Shown here in pieces: positions 1-9,752 of a stretch of 64,000 nt of DNA. Every line of letters starts with the position of its first letter. Positions within the stretch are counted from its first letter, which is position 1. Source of the stretch: a virus (taxonomy: Duplodnaviria; Caudoviricetes); IMG/VR virus record IMGVR_UViG_3300022915_000001, positions 9,210 through 73,209 of that record. One strand, given 5' to 3'. Under the pieces are notes generated by a model, which was not told the origin of the DNA, searched no databases, and saw only the letters and a list, made by a program, of their open reading frames with translations. Position numbers and translations under genes: made by a program.

Positions 1-3000
1 GTGCCGCCCAGCGTGGTCGAGCCGGGGACCGGCTGCTGCGTGGTGGTCAGCGCCTGCGGAGCCGCCGATTCCCGCAGGTTGACCGTGCCGGTCGAGGCGG
101 CGTGCCGGGACGTGGCCTGGGCTTGGCGGTAGACCTGGCGTGCCACGCTCCTTGAGCCGCGCCCGAATCGGTCGACGATCTCGTTGGTGAAGTTCTTCCC
201 GTCAATGTTCCCCTGCGCCACGTCGATGGCGATCTTCAGCGCCATGTTGCGGATGACTCTCGGATCGGTGAACTGACCGGAGTAGCTCGGGGAGATGCCC
301 ATGCTGCGGAGCCGCGCCTCGGCCTTCGCAGCGGCGTCGAACAAGGTCATCTGCACGGGCTTCGAGAGCGGCTTGGACGGCGTCGATGGCTTGGCCGGCG
401 CCGTGGTGGTGGTCGTGGGCGGGAACAGTCCCATCTGCGTGGGCCGGGGCGTGGGCGTCCAGACCGGCGCATGGGTAGGATGGCTCGGCGGGGACGGGGC
501 CGGTGGCGGCTTCGCCGGGGGAGTCGGAGTAGCGGTCGTCGTGGTGGCCGTCCCTTGATTGATATTGCGGAACGTGTTCTTCATGTCCCCCGGCTGGACA
601 TACTGGAACAGGAGAATGTGCGATTCGCCGTGCTTGGCGATGATCGACTCGCGGTAAGTTCTGGCGATCTCGATGCGGTCGGCCTGAGTCAGAGTCGGGA
701 TATTGTCGCCCGCCAGTACCTTCGCGGTGACCTCGGTGAAGATCGTATGTACATCACGGCCCGCATATCCCCCCGCGGTGGTGAGCAGCCAGTCCCCGGC
801 CTTTTTGAAGACCGGCAGCTTCATGAGACGTTCTTCTTCAGCCGCATCCAGCGGAGCTTTGCGCTGATCGGCGTGGATCAACTCTTCACGGGCCGTCGAT
901 CTTTTCATCGGGAGCCGCTGCCCCGGTATGTTAGGGCCCTTCTGGGCCAGGGTAAATTGCAGCGATTCGGTCGCGTCTTTGGTCTGGTTGATCCACTCAA
1001 CCAGGTCATTCCTAAACTGTCTGAGGTTCGCCTCGGCGCGTGGGCCTACCCGCGCCATCTCCACAGGATTGTGGAGGAAGTCCTTCAAGATCTTCTCTGC
1101 GACGTTAGTCCACCCCGCCCGGGCCCCGGAGAGGCCGTTGACGCTCTGGAGCTTGGCTACGTGGGAGATCAGGTCGAGACCGGCCCGATTGAGATAGATC
1201 GTGCCGCTGCCTACGTGATAGGCCATGCGCTTAGGCTTGCCGGGGGGAGTGGTCTTCTCCCATCGGAAGATCGCCTTCTCGAAGGCTTGCTTCTTGGGAG
1301 TCTGGGGCGGGTTGGTGTAGTACGTCCCCATCTTCAGATCGCCAGCGGCGCTCTCGGAGAGCTTGGCGTCTGAGTCTGAGGTTGGGGCGGTTACCTCTCG
1401 GTCGCTTCCGGTATGCTCGGATGCCTGAACGGGGGCGGTAGTTCCACTTCGACCTCTATGTCCAGCGGCTTGTCGTGATCGAACGGCTCTCCCCCTGCGA
1501 ACACCAGTTCCAGGTACTCCGCTCTCGTCAAGGGATACCCCATCTTCTTCAGATACTTCAGAAGCGGATAACTGTCTTTCAGCTTCTCGAAATCTCTCAT
1601 ACTCATCGGACCACTCGGGCGGTATGATGGCTTTTCCGTTGGCTGTGCTTTTTCTGAGGTCATAGATTTCTTCCCGCGCCTGGTCTACTGTTATTGTACC
1701 TGACGCATACTTTTCCCAGATAGCATCGACCCGTCTTTTGTTGTCGACATTCTTCCATGTCTCAGGGAACAGGCCGCGCACGGCTTCCCAGGTGACCGAC
1801 TGCATCTCGCGTCCTAGAAGTCCGCGCCGCTGGCCGGCCCGCCTCGTGGCAATCGCATGGATGCCATAGGTCCAAGCCTCGCCGGTCACCGTGGACGGGG
1901 AGCTTAGATTGTCCTTGACGGCTTGATCGGACAGGGCCAGCGGCCGCAAGGTCCCGGCGGCTACGGCATGGGTATCGACGGTGACATGGAGGTTCGGGTT
2001 GTTCGGGTCGACAAGGTTGTTATAGAAGGACCGGACCTTGTGCTGCTTGCCCAGTTGATCGCTGATGTTTTCAAGAGTCGGATTCTCTAGGACAGAGATG
2101 GCCTTGGCGATCATGTCCAGGGACTGCCAGACTACCTTCGCATCCGTGCCATCGAGCTTTTTGCCTTTGCCGCGGGGTTCGCCCTCGGGCGTGAGTACAT
2201 CAAAGGACCGTTCGTTGTTCCCCTCGTCCCACATGCGCAGCCAGAAGGCTTTGAGGGTAGGATCGGTCAGATCGGTCCAGCGTTTCCCCTTGATCTGATC
2301 GTAGCCGTCCTTGAGTTTCGTCGACGGCGTATAGGGCTTGCCCGCCGCCTTGGCGTCCCGCTTCTTCGTGATCTCAGTCCGGTTGTTGGAGTCGACCATC
2401 CTCTGATAGCCGCCCTCCATCTTGTCGTCCCAGACCGAGGACTCGCGCTGCTTCCAGAACATGAGCGTGCGCCGCGCCAGGTCCACGTTCTGGAACCAGT
2501 CCTTCATCGGCGAGAGGGTTGCCATCACTGCGGCAACCTGATGAGCCTCGGAGTCGAACTGCTCGGCGAACCGCTCGGCGATCTTGCGGCCCCCGTCGTA
2601 CCAGAGTTTGGACCGCTGGAGGAGATCGCCCCATTCTCGCTTGTAGCGGTCATAGAGCCAGACCAGATTGTCCTCAACGAACTTGGTGAAGTCGCGGACG
2701 ATCTTCTTGGGATCGGTCTCCGTGCTGCCCTTGAGGTGCGGGTACTTGAGGATCAGCGGCGCGGCCACCTCGGCGGGCTCGTCGTACTTCTTGAACCCGT
2801 CGCCGGTCAGCGTCAGGTTCTCGGTGGAATCCTCGGTCGCGCTATCCGCGGTGGTGAGGCGCGTCGACATTTCCTCCGGTATGAACCGGACGGGGTTGGC
2901 CTTCCACTCCTTGATCTGATCGACAACCTTGGCGGCCTTGGCTCGGTGCTTCTCGCCGTACCTGTCGACGATAGCCTGCTCTACGCTCTTGATCCCGATC

Positions 3001-6000
3001 TTGCCTCGGGCGATATCGCCCATGAACGCCTTGGCCGTATTGTGAACGAAGTCCGCGCTGGTCGGCCCCGTCTTGCTGCGCGAGAACAGCGTACCCTGGC
3101 GCGGCGCATCCTTGTCCCCGAACAGATCCTGCTGCGCGTCCTTGGCCGGTTTGAGCTTGCGCTGCTTCTCCTCGGGCGTAAGCTCGGTGGCGAAGCCGGC
3201 CGTCAGCCGTTCGCCGAGCAGCTTGGCGGCGTCGTCGGGCTGCTCCTGCTTCTCTAGTTCAAGGGCGGTTTGTTCTCCGCGTCTCGGCCCCACTGCTTCT
3301 TCAGCGAGTCTGCGAACGCCTCGTTCTCGTCCTTCCCTTCCTCCCTCGCCCTCTCGGCCGCCAGTTGGGCCGCGTTGAAGTTCGACACCGCTTTTCGGCT
3401 GAACCCCTTCGGCGCGGCCAGTATCTTTCTTGGTCGTTTCGCTGCCACGGAATGCCTCCTTCACCTCTCCGGGTTTGGCGTACCGGAACAGGACAATCGC
3501 GTCCTCGCCATGCGCGTCGAGCAACGCCTGCCTATATGCTTGCGCAACTTCCACGCGCTCGTCCATCGTGAGGCCGAGCGAGGTCCCCGCGAGTATCTTG
3601 GCGGTGACTTCCTTGAAGTCCTGAATGGGATCTGCCTCGTACCCCATCTCCCTCACCGCCTCGGCGGCCTTGGCGAAGACCGGCGTCTTCATCAGGTCTT
3701 CCATGACCTGGTCTTTCAATGCAGCCACGCGCTGCGCGGCGTGCATCAACTCTTCGCGGACGGTGTTACGAATGTCGTCCGAGAAGTACTTCTGGGCGCG
3801 AACGAAATTCAAGCCGGCGCCCGGGCCCGCCGTCTCCCGGTACTTGGCTACTTGATCGCGGAGCTTCTCCAGGTTGTCCAGGGCGGCTTTGCTCAGGCCG
3901 TACTTACCGGCTTTGAGGTTTGCCAGTTCGCCGCCGTCGCGGTCCAGCGTCGTCATTAAGGTGACAACGTCAACGTCGTCCATCGAGGAGCCTTCCACGC
4001 GGTCCCCGCCGCCCAAAAGCTGGATGATGTACATGCCGCCCTGGTTCGCATAGACCGTGCGGCTCTGGGCTCCCCTCTTGGGGAAGCGGAAGGTTGCCGT
4101 CCTAAAGTTGTGTTCGGCCTCCCAGAGCGCGGAATCGGGGATTTGGGTTCCCTCGGGCGAGGTAACCGGCCCCGGCTGCTCCTGCTTCTGGGATCTGCTG
4201 AAGAGCGTGCCGCCTTTGCGCTCGGGCGAGGGGACCGCTCCCGGCGCTTCGCGCTCGGCGGCTTGCTGCGAGAGTCCTCCGGTATCCTGGCGGGGGACCG
4301 TCAGCGGTCCATCGGCGGGATCGGCGTTGGTGTCCTCGATCTGCTCCCTGATGGCCGCGCGAACCTTCCCGCCGTGCGCCCTGACCTGGGCCGGGGTCAT
4401 CCCGGTGTGCTTCTTGACGAAGTCCACATACTCGGAATCCCGCGCGGATCGCTTCTGCTGCGCCGTGATGTACGCCGCGCGATCTACGTCGGATTCAAAG
4501 TTCAGTTCGTGGGCGCCGTACCGCGGCGCGGCTCCGCTGAGTTCCCTCGGGAGTTTCGGTCCTACTCCAGCGGGGGCGGCTTGAGAGGTTCCTCGCTGGG
4601 GTTGCTGAGTTCCACCTCCCCGTCCGGTATCTGGAGGTGGCCCCCCTCGATCCACTCCCGTAGGTCCGCTAACGTCCGGTTTCGGACCTCCTCCCCCAGT
4701 TTCTCGTATGATGGCTGCCTTGATTGCTGCATAGGTGTCCTCTAATACGGCAGAGAGCTTCTCCCCGCCCTGTATCCTGACCGCGCCGGCAGTCAGGGCT
4801 TTCGAGATATCGCCCGACTTCAGGCTCAGGGCGTTGTAGACTTCCAAAGCCTGAGCGGCATCGGCGGCGATGGCTCGGTTCTGCTCTTCTTCGATGACGT
4901 TGCCGCCACGCGCGAGCGTCTGGCCTACGCCCTTCTTGCCTACCGTGCCAAAGATCCGCTTCTCCTGACCGAGCCGCTTCTTGATAGCATCGCTGAGGAT
5001 CGCCTCATGGACTTCCAGGCTCTGGCCCCCGCCGCTCGGGTCTCCGAACATATCCCCGAACAGGCTCCCCTGGTCGTCGCCCTTTTCCTTGGCCTTGCGA
5101 AGCCGTTCACGCTGCTCGTCGGTCAACTCCATCTCGGCGGCCTTGGCCTTGGTGCGTCGGATGAGTTCGGCCAACTGGCCGTCGTTCATGTCCTTGCCAA
5201 CCTTGGCAATCGCTACCATGTCTGCTGGGTTGTCCAGACCTTCGCCGATAATGGTGGCCCTGTCGACCTTCAGATCCCCGGCCAGTAGCTCCTCGAAGAG
5301 CGACTCGGGCAGCTTGGCGAGCGCGGTCCCTTGCCGCGCCTTCTCGCCCTTGAGGTGGACGCCGGCCTGCTTTACCTGCTCGGGCGTGTAGCCCGAATCG
5401 CGCAGGAACTTGGCGGCGTCGATGGCGGTCCCCCGGCCCTCGGCGATATTCTGCAACGCGCCCTTGGCTCTGGCTTCCGTCGCGTCCTTGGCCTGGATGT
5501 AGCGAACGTCTACACCGGCCACTCCCATGCGCTTGGCCTTGTCGAGCCGGTGGTGTCCATTGACCACATAGGTCTTGCCGTTCGCTGGATCTCTCCAGAC
5601 GGTGAGCACGCCGCCAAGCTCCTCGTTCCAGGGAACGTCTGGGTCCTTGAGTTCGTCACCGACTCCTGCCTTGCCGCCGGTATCGCGCTTGAACTGGAAC
5701 CGCACCGGATCGGCTTCGATCTCGTTGGGGTCCATGCGCGTGACGCCACTGTCCATCGCCTTCCTGGCGGGCGGCTCCATGCCTGGGAAAAGCGAACTCT
5801 GGCCTTCCCCGCTGGTGTCCTTCGGCTCCCCTTGATCGACAACCGGAGTTGACGGTTCGACAACCGGAGTTGACGGCTCTGGAGCCGCTGGGGCAGTGGG
5901 AGGTCCAGGCTGCCCCAATGCTGGCGGCGGTTCTTGTCCTTGTACGTCCTCCTTTCCTTCTGGAACTGGCGGCGGCACGCCGACACGGTCCTCGCCCTCC

Positions 6001-8075
6001 TCGCCCTTGAGTTCTGGCGCTGGCGGCGCGGTCCCTACCGGCGGCGGCGCGGCTACCGGCGGCGGCGCTTCAGGCTGATCCTTGACTCGCGTTCCCTTGG
6101 TGACCGGGGACTTCCCGGCTCGATCCTTCTTCAGTGTGAGGTTGACGTAGCTGGTAGTGCCGTCATTCAGCGGCTTGGCCGCGAGGACGCCGGCCTTCAC
6201 CATACTGTCGAGCACTTCCTGGGCGGCTTCTGGCGCGACACCAAACATCTGCTGAATGTGGCGCACTTCCACCTGGGACCGGCTGGCGGCAACGTCGAAT
6301 ACCGCGCGGTAGAGGTCTTCCCCTTCGAGCGGCGGCGGCTTCTCGGGGGCCTTCTCGTCCGATCCCGGCAGCGTCTCTGGCGTCACCGCATCCGGGTCGC
6401 CCGTGGGCGGCGGCGCCCCAGGAGGTGGAGGTTGCTGGACCGGAGGGGGCGTGACCGGCGGCGGGGGCGTGACCGGGGGAGGAACAATGGGTGCGGGGGC
6501 CGGCCCGCTGCCAACCTCTACTCCCGGCTGTTGCTGCTCGGGAGCCGCACCGGGGGGAGGAGCTTCGCCGGGAGGAGGCGCTTCGCCCACCGGAGGAACA
6601 AGACCCGGGCCCTCGTCCTGCACTCCAGGTTGCCCCAGCGCCTCGCCGCCGTTAGCCATCCGGTTCTTGTGGTAATTGGTCAGCGCGTCGAAGTGGTCCC
6701 GGTATTCCTTGAGCTTCTTCCCGACATTGATCTCGTCCCGGTGCTCGGCGATCTGGCCTATCGTCACCGAGGGGCCGCTCCCAAGCATCCCCGCCACGCC
6801 TTCGTCGAACATGGCATCGCGGAACTCAGGCCAGGTCGGCCACTTCCCGGTATTCATCCCCTCGGTGAAGATCGCCGCGGCTTTCTGGGCAGACTCGGTG
6901 ACGCCCTCCCAGCCGAACTCCTTGGCTCCTTCATAGACACGCCGTTTGATGGACTTCTTGAGTTCTTCCGGTAGCGGGCTGTTCCTGAGTTTGGAGATGA
7001 TCCTCCCAGGAACGAGGTAGTCCATCGGCGTAGCCAGGATGGAGCCTTCGACCGCCACCTTCCCGGCTTCAGCCGGATGCATCCCATTCTTGGTCAGGTC
7101 GTTGAACTGCTCCCCGGCGTTTGCCAGGAAGGAGTCTATGACGCCGCCGCCGGGGATCAACAATCCTGCCCCGATAGTCGCCAGCATTTGCGGCGCGTTT
7201 TCCAGAATCGTCTCGCCCGTCCACTGAGCGACGGACCCAAACGTCTTGTTCGGATCGTTCAACAGTTCGGTGGCAGACGGACGCGACATCAGGTTGACGC
7301 CGTGCATCGCCTTCGATTCGACGTACTCCCCGGCCCTGGCGGCGAGATCCGCTCCCGGCATCCCCTTGGCGTCAAGGGGGCGGGCTAGCGCCTGCAGGCC
7401 CTGGCCGCGCCCAGCAATCGTGGTCTGCGCTCCTTGCTTCAAAGACTTCCAGAGGCGGTCGAGCGCCGGGGCATCCGCTTCTGGAGCAGGTTCATCTGGC
7501 TCTGCCAGTCTGGCTTTGAGGGCTTCCGGGGATTCCCGCGTGAGGCCCTGAGCGCCATCGGTCGAGAGGTAGTCGGGAACTTCCGGTGTCGTGCGCTGGG
7601 TCAGCTTCCACTTGGACGGGTCCGATTCCTCCCAGGCGGGAACCCGTGTGTTCTGGGAAGGGGGAGCCGCGGGATCGAACTTGTCCCCGGTCCAGGTGCG
7701 GTTGGGTCCGGTGTACTCGGGCGAGATCCGGTTGAGCGGTTGCCGCTGTGCACCCGCTTCGACCGCAGGGCGGCGCACGGCCCCCGGGCCCTGGCCGGGA
7801 CCGCCGAGATCCCAAGGCGTAGCCACCTTCCCCACGCCGGGGAGTCCGGTGAGACCGGCGCCGGGAACGTCGGCGGCGGTGTAGGACGGACCTTGTGGGG
7901 CGGTGAAGGGCGAGGGGCCAGCCGGGGCCGGGGCGGCGCTCGGGACCGGCGCTCCTACTGCTGGCTTAAAGCCGAGCTCGCGCCACTTCTTCTCTTCGTC
8001 GTCTTCCGGGGGCGGCTGAACCGGCGCCAGCGGCTTGAACCCTAGCGCGGCCCAAGGATCTGATTGGTCTGCCAT
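1..8075 (-). CDS. Giant polyvalent virion/ejection-type protein, at least 2691 aa, 3' end beyond the window. Contains a ParB-like domain, two zincin-like repeats and an HhH-GPD/EndoIII-like domain
   Basis: Hand translation from ATG 8075 (MADQSDPWAALGFKP...) found no stop down to position 1. Motifs seen: TYVVNGHHRLDKA (ParB-like, about 5420-5760), REELMH/REELIH...EVTAK twice, and KVRSFYNNL...VTVDTHA. Pro-rich linkers lie between them. It is last in the virion operon. Confidence 0.8.
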   Translation of the reverse strand, partial: MADQSDPWAALGFKPLAPVQPPPEDDEEKKWRELGFKPAVGAPVPSAAPAPAGPSPFTAPQGPSYTAADVPGAGLTGLPGVGKVATPWDLGGPGQGPGAVRRPAVEAGAQRQPLNRISPEYTGPNRTWTGDKFDPAAPPSQNTRVPAWEESDPSKWKLTQRTTPEVPDYLSTDGAQGLTRESPEALKARLAEPDEPAPEADAPALDRLWKSLKQGAQTTIAGRGQGLQALARPLDAKGMPGADLAARAGEYVESKAMHGVNLMSRPSATELLNDPNKTFGSVAQWTGETILENAPQMLATIGAGLLIPGGGVIDSFLANAGEQFNDLTKNGMHPAEAGKVAVEGSILATPMDYLVPGRIISKLRNSPLPEELKKSIKRRVYEGAKEFGWEGVTESAQKAAAIFTEGMNTGKWPTWPEFRDAMFDEGVAGMLGSGPSVTIGQIAEHRDEINVGKKLKEYRDHFDALTNYHKNRMANGGEALGQPGVQDEGPGLVPPVGEAPPPGEAPPPGAAPEQQQPGVEVGSGPAPAPIVPPPVTPPPPVTPPPVQQPPPPGAPPPTGDPDAVTPETLPGSDEKAPEKPPPLEGEDLYRAVFDVAASRSQVEVRHIQQMFGVAPEAAQEVLDSMVKAGVLAAKPLNDGTTSYVNLTLKKDRAGKSPVTKGTRVKDQPEAPPPVAAPPPVGTAPPAPELKGEEGEDRVGVPPPVPEGKEDVQGQEPPPALGQPGPPTAPAAPEPSTPVVEPSTPVVDQGEPKDTSGEGQSSLFPGMEPPARKAMDSGVTRMDPNEIEADPVRFQFKRDTGGKAGVGDELKDPDVPWNEELGGVLTVWRDPANGKTYVVNGHHRLDKAKRMGVAGVDVRYIQAKDATEARAKGALQNIAEGRGTAIDAAKFLRDSGYTPEQVKQAGVHLKGEKARQGTALAKLPESLFEELLAGDLKVDRATIIGEGLDNPADMVAIAKVGKDMNDGQLAELIRRTKAKAAEMELTDEQRERLRKAKEKGDDQGSLFGDMFGDPSGGGQSLEVHEAILSDAIKKRLGQEKRIFGTVGKKGVGQTLARGGNVIEEEQNRAIAADAAQALEVYNALSLKSGDISKALTAGAVRIQGGEKLSAVLEDTYAAIKAAIIRETGGGGPKPDVSGPTGVDRGGPPPDTGRGGGTQQPQRGTSQAAPAGVGPKLPRELSGAAPRYGAHELNFESDVDRAAYITAQQKRSARDSEYVDFVKKHTGMTPAQVRAHGGKVRAAIREQIEDTNADPADGPLTVPRQDTGGLSQQAAEREAPGAVPSPERKGGTLFSRSQKQEQPGPVTSPEGTQIPDSALWEAEHNFRTATFRFPKRGAQSRTVYANQGGMYIIQLLGGGDRVEGSSMDDVDVVTLMTTLDRDGGELANLKAGKYGLSKAALDNLEKLRDQVAKYRETAGPGAGLNFVRAQKYFSDDIRNTVREELMHAAQRVAALKDQVMEDLMKTPVFAKAAEAVREMGYEADPIQDFKEVTAKILAGTSLGLTMDERVEVAQAYRQALLDAHGEDAIVLFRYAKPGEVKEAFRGSETTKKDTGRAEGVQPKSGVELQRGPTGGREGEGGREGRERGVRRLAEEAVGPRRGEQTALELEKQEQPDDAAKLLGERLTAGFATELTPEEKQRKLKPAKDAQQDLFGDKDAPRQGTLFSRSKTGPTSADFVHNTAKAFMGDIARGKIGIKSVEQAIVDRYGEKHRAKAAKVVDQIKEWKANPVRFIPEEMSTRLTTADSATEDSTENLTLTGDGFKKYDEPAEVAAPLILKYPHLKGSTETDPKKIVRDFTKFVEDNLVWLYDRYKREWGDLLQRSKLWYDGGRKIAERFAEQFDSEAHQVAAVMATLSPMKDWFQNVDLARRTLMFWKQRESSVWDDKMEGGYQRMVDSNNRTEITKKRDAKAAGKPYTPSTKLKDGYDQIKGKRWTDLTDPTLKAFWLRMWDEGNNERSFDVLTPEGEPRGKGKKLDGTDAKVVWQSLDMIAKAISVLENPTLENISDQLGKQHKVRSFYNNLVDPNNPNLHVTVDTHAVAAGTLRPLALSDQAVKDNLSSPSTVTGEAWTYGIHAIATRRAGQRRGLLGREMQSVTWEAVRGLFPETWKNVDNKRRVDAIWEKYASGTITVDQAREEIYDLRKSTANGKAIIPPEWSDEYERFREAERQLSASEVSEEDGVSLDESGVPGTGVRRGRAVRSRQAAGHRGRSGTTAPVQASEHTGSDREVTAPTSDSDAKLSESAAGDLKMGTYYTNPPQTPKKQAFEKAIFRWEKTTPPGKPKRMAYHVGSGTIYLNRAGLDLISHVAKLQSVNGLSGARAGWTNVAEKILKDFLHNPVEMARVGPRAEANLRQFRNDLVEWINQTKDATESLQFTLAQKGPNIPGQRLPMKRSTAREELIHADQRKAPLDAAEEERLMKLPVFKKAGDWLLTTAGGYAGRDVHTIFTEVTAKVLAGDNIPTLTQADRIEIARTYRESIIAKHGESHILLFQYVQPGDMKNTFRNINQGTATTTTATPTPPAKPPPAPSPPSHPTHAPVWTPTPRPTQMGLFPPTTTTTAPAKPSTPSKPLSKPVQMTLFDAAAKAEARLRSMGISPSYSGQFTDPRVIRNMALKIAIDVAQGNIDGKNFTNEIVDRFGRGSRSVARQVYRQAQATSRHAASTGTVNLRESAAPQALTTTQQPVPGSTTLGG
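1391..1663 (-). CDS. Small ORF (90 aa) nested in the +1 frame of the giant gene
   Basis: In the ORF track. Protein-like sequence (YPLLKYLKKMGYPLTRAEYLELVF...EVELPPPFR), while the giant frame here is low-complexity linker. Confidence 0.6.
   Translation of the reverse strand: MTSEKAQPTEKPSYRPSGPMSMRDFEKLKDSYPLLKYLKKMGYPLTRAEYLELVFAGGEPFDHDKPLDIEVEVELPPPFRHPSIPEATER
3254..3448 (-). CDS. Small ORF (64 aa) nested in the +1 frame of the giant gene
   Basis: GTG start preceded by a strong Shine-Dalgarno (GAAGGAGGCATTCC-GTG). Helical charged protein MAAKRPRKILAAPKGF... Confidence 0.55.
   Translation of the reverse strand: MAAKRPRKILAAPKGFSRKAVSNFNAAQLAAERAREEGKDENEAFADSLKKQWGRDAENKPPLN
4562..4732 (-). 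CDS. Small ORF (56 aa) nested in the +1 frame of the giant gene; below the track length cut-off
   Basis: Hand translation: MQQSRQPSYEKLGEEVRNRTLADLREWIEGGHLQIPDGEVELSNPSEEPLKPPPLE*. AGAGGACACCT precedes the ATG. Confidence 0.45.
   Translation of the reverse strand: MQQSRQPSYEKLGEEVRNRTLADLREWIEGGHLQIPDGEVELSNPSEEPLKPPPLE
5839..5880. repeat. 21-nt tandem duplication encoding EPSTPVV twice in the giant protein linker
   Basis: gacaaccggagttgacggttc / gacaaccggagttgacggctc. Confidence 0.8.
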
Positions 8076-8081
8076 CGAACA

Positions 8082-9749
8082 CTAGATCCTCTCAGCGCCC
8101 AGCGAGTGGGCTTTCGGCCACATAGACAATGGGATCGTTCCTGTCGAGCCGTCTGGCCTCTTAATCTGGATTTGAGGATCGGGCGGCGTCGTCGGTGGCC
8201 CCTGACCTCGGGAGGTTGCAGCGTGCTGGCCTCGCGGCAATGCCGCTGGCGTGGCGGCCGGCTGCGGCGCTGGCGTGGGAGCAGCCTTCACCTCGGGCTT
8301 CGCCCCGGCGATCTTGTCCGAGCCAGCCTTGGGCGTTTCGGTCTTCGGCTTCTCAGGCTCCGGTTCCCAAGGCTTCCAGTCGCCTTCGACGCCCTTCGAG
8401 TACGCATCGTACTGTTCGCGCGAGATCTTGCCGTTGTCGAACTTGAACTTGTAGATCTCGCGGAGCTTCGCCCTGATGGCGTTGTACTGCTCAATGTCGG
8501 AGTCGCTGTAGGAGGCGTTGCCCTTCTTGTCCTTACCGGCCTTGATCTTCTCGCCGATCTCCCTCGCCCTCTGGTGGAGTCCTGGGACCGGCGTCTGGCC
8601 GTCAGGGCCGAGCGGGTTGCCCTGCTCCAGCTTGTCGTACTCAGCGGTTTTGGCGTCGATCTTGTCCTGCCGCTGGAGCGTCTGGTACGCCGTCAAATCA
8701 TCGCCGGCCCGCCTGCCGCCGCCTTTCTTGGCTCGGGCGGCGAGTCTCTTGTCTTCGACGGCCTGGGCCGCAGCTTTCTGCTCCGGTGTTCCATGTATGA
8801 GCGCCGCTTCGATGGTGTTTGGCTGCTTCTCGTCAGCCGTGGGCTTGATCGAGTTCGGATAGATGCCTTTGTTCCTGGGATTCCAGACCGCCCAGCCGAG
8901 GTTCATGTCGGCCTGCTCTTTGAGTGCCTTTTCCTTGGCGGCGGCGGCGGCGGCGGCGTCGTAGTAGCGGCCGTGCGCCTCCTGTGCTCCGATCTGCGCC
9001 TCGGTGAGATCCTGTTGACGGATGAACTGCTTCTGCTGCAAGTCGTCCTGGCTCCGCTGGCGCTTCAGGTTGTACTGCTTCTGCATCGAGTCGATCTGCG
9101 AATCGAGGCTCTTGCCCTTGGTCTCCCAGGCATCCATCGCCGCTTCGTATTTCGGGCGCCGCAGGATCTGCTTCTCCGAGATCGGATCGACGTGCGTGCG
9201 CCGGCCCGCGTTGATGAATCCCGCGAAGGCGTTGGCTCCGGTCATCAGGGCCTTCTGCCACATGGGGCGCTCGTACTCCTGACCGCCGAGCTTGGGCTTC
9301 TCGAGGATATGGGCGTCCCGCTTCGCCGCTGCGGAGTTCCAGTCGGTGACGAACGGGTCCTCGGCGTCGATCCAGTCGCGCTTCATCTTGGGCGGCGCTG
9401 GCATCGGACTCGTCGGAAGCTGGGGCGGCGTCTCCCAGCCGATCGGATCGCTCTGCTCGGGCATGGCCGCTTCTGCCGCCGGGGCCACCGGGAAGGGAGG
9501 CTTCAGGATCGACTCTGCCGGTCGAGCGGCGAGTCTTGCATACGAGTAGGGGTTGTTGTCCTCTGGCAGAGGAGCCCGCATATCGAGCGGGGGCCGCGCC
9601 GGGGCCGGGGCCGGGAGCGGAGGCGTCATGCCGTTCTGCATTTCCCACGGGGTCCGCAGCGGATCGAAGCCGGGACGCTTCGCAGGAAGCGCGTACATCG
9701 CGTCGTCTTCTTCCAGGTCGTCCCAGTAGTTCGGCTGCGGATATGGCAT
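8082..9749 (-). CDS. Probable internal virion (ejection) protein, 555 aa
   Basis: Pro-rich N-terminus, Q/A/K-rich coiled-coil. Position between tail genes and the giant gene matches P22/T7-type ejection genes. Confidence 0.55.
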   Translation of the reverse strand: MPYPQPNYWDDLEEDDAMYALPAKRPGFDPLRTPWEMQNGMTPPLPAPAPARPPLDMRAPLPEDNNPYSYARLAARPAESILKPPFPVAPAAEAAMPEQSDPIGWETPPQLPTSPMPAPPKMKRDWIDAEDPFVTDWNSAAAKRDAHILEKPKLGGQEYERPMWQKALMTGANAFAGFINAGRRTHVDPISEKQILRRPKYEAAMDAWETKGKSLDSQIDSMQKQYNLKRQRSQDDLQQKQFIRQQDLTEAQIGAQEAHGRYYDAAAAAAAKEKALKEQADMNLGWAVWNPRNKGIYPNSIKPTADEKQPNTIEAALIHGTPEQKAAAQAVEDKRLAARAKKGGGRRAGDDLTAYQTLQRQDKIDAKTAEYDKLEQGNPLGPDGQTPVPGLHQRAREIGEKIKAGKDKKGNASYSDSDIEQYNAIRAKLREIYKFKFDNGKISREQYDAYSKGVEGDWKPWEPEPEKPKTETPKAGSDKIAGAKPEVKAAPTPAPQPAATPAALPRGQHAATSRGQGPPTTPPDPQIQIKRPDGSTGTIPLSMWPKAHSLGAERI

Positions 9750-9752
9750 GGC

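Noticed and set aside
5510-5986. A possible fourth nested ORF in the giant gene
   Set aside because: Arg/Ser-rich frameshift-like composition, and it extends over the conserved ParB-like domain.
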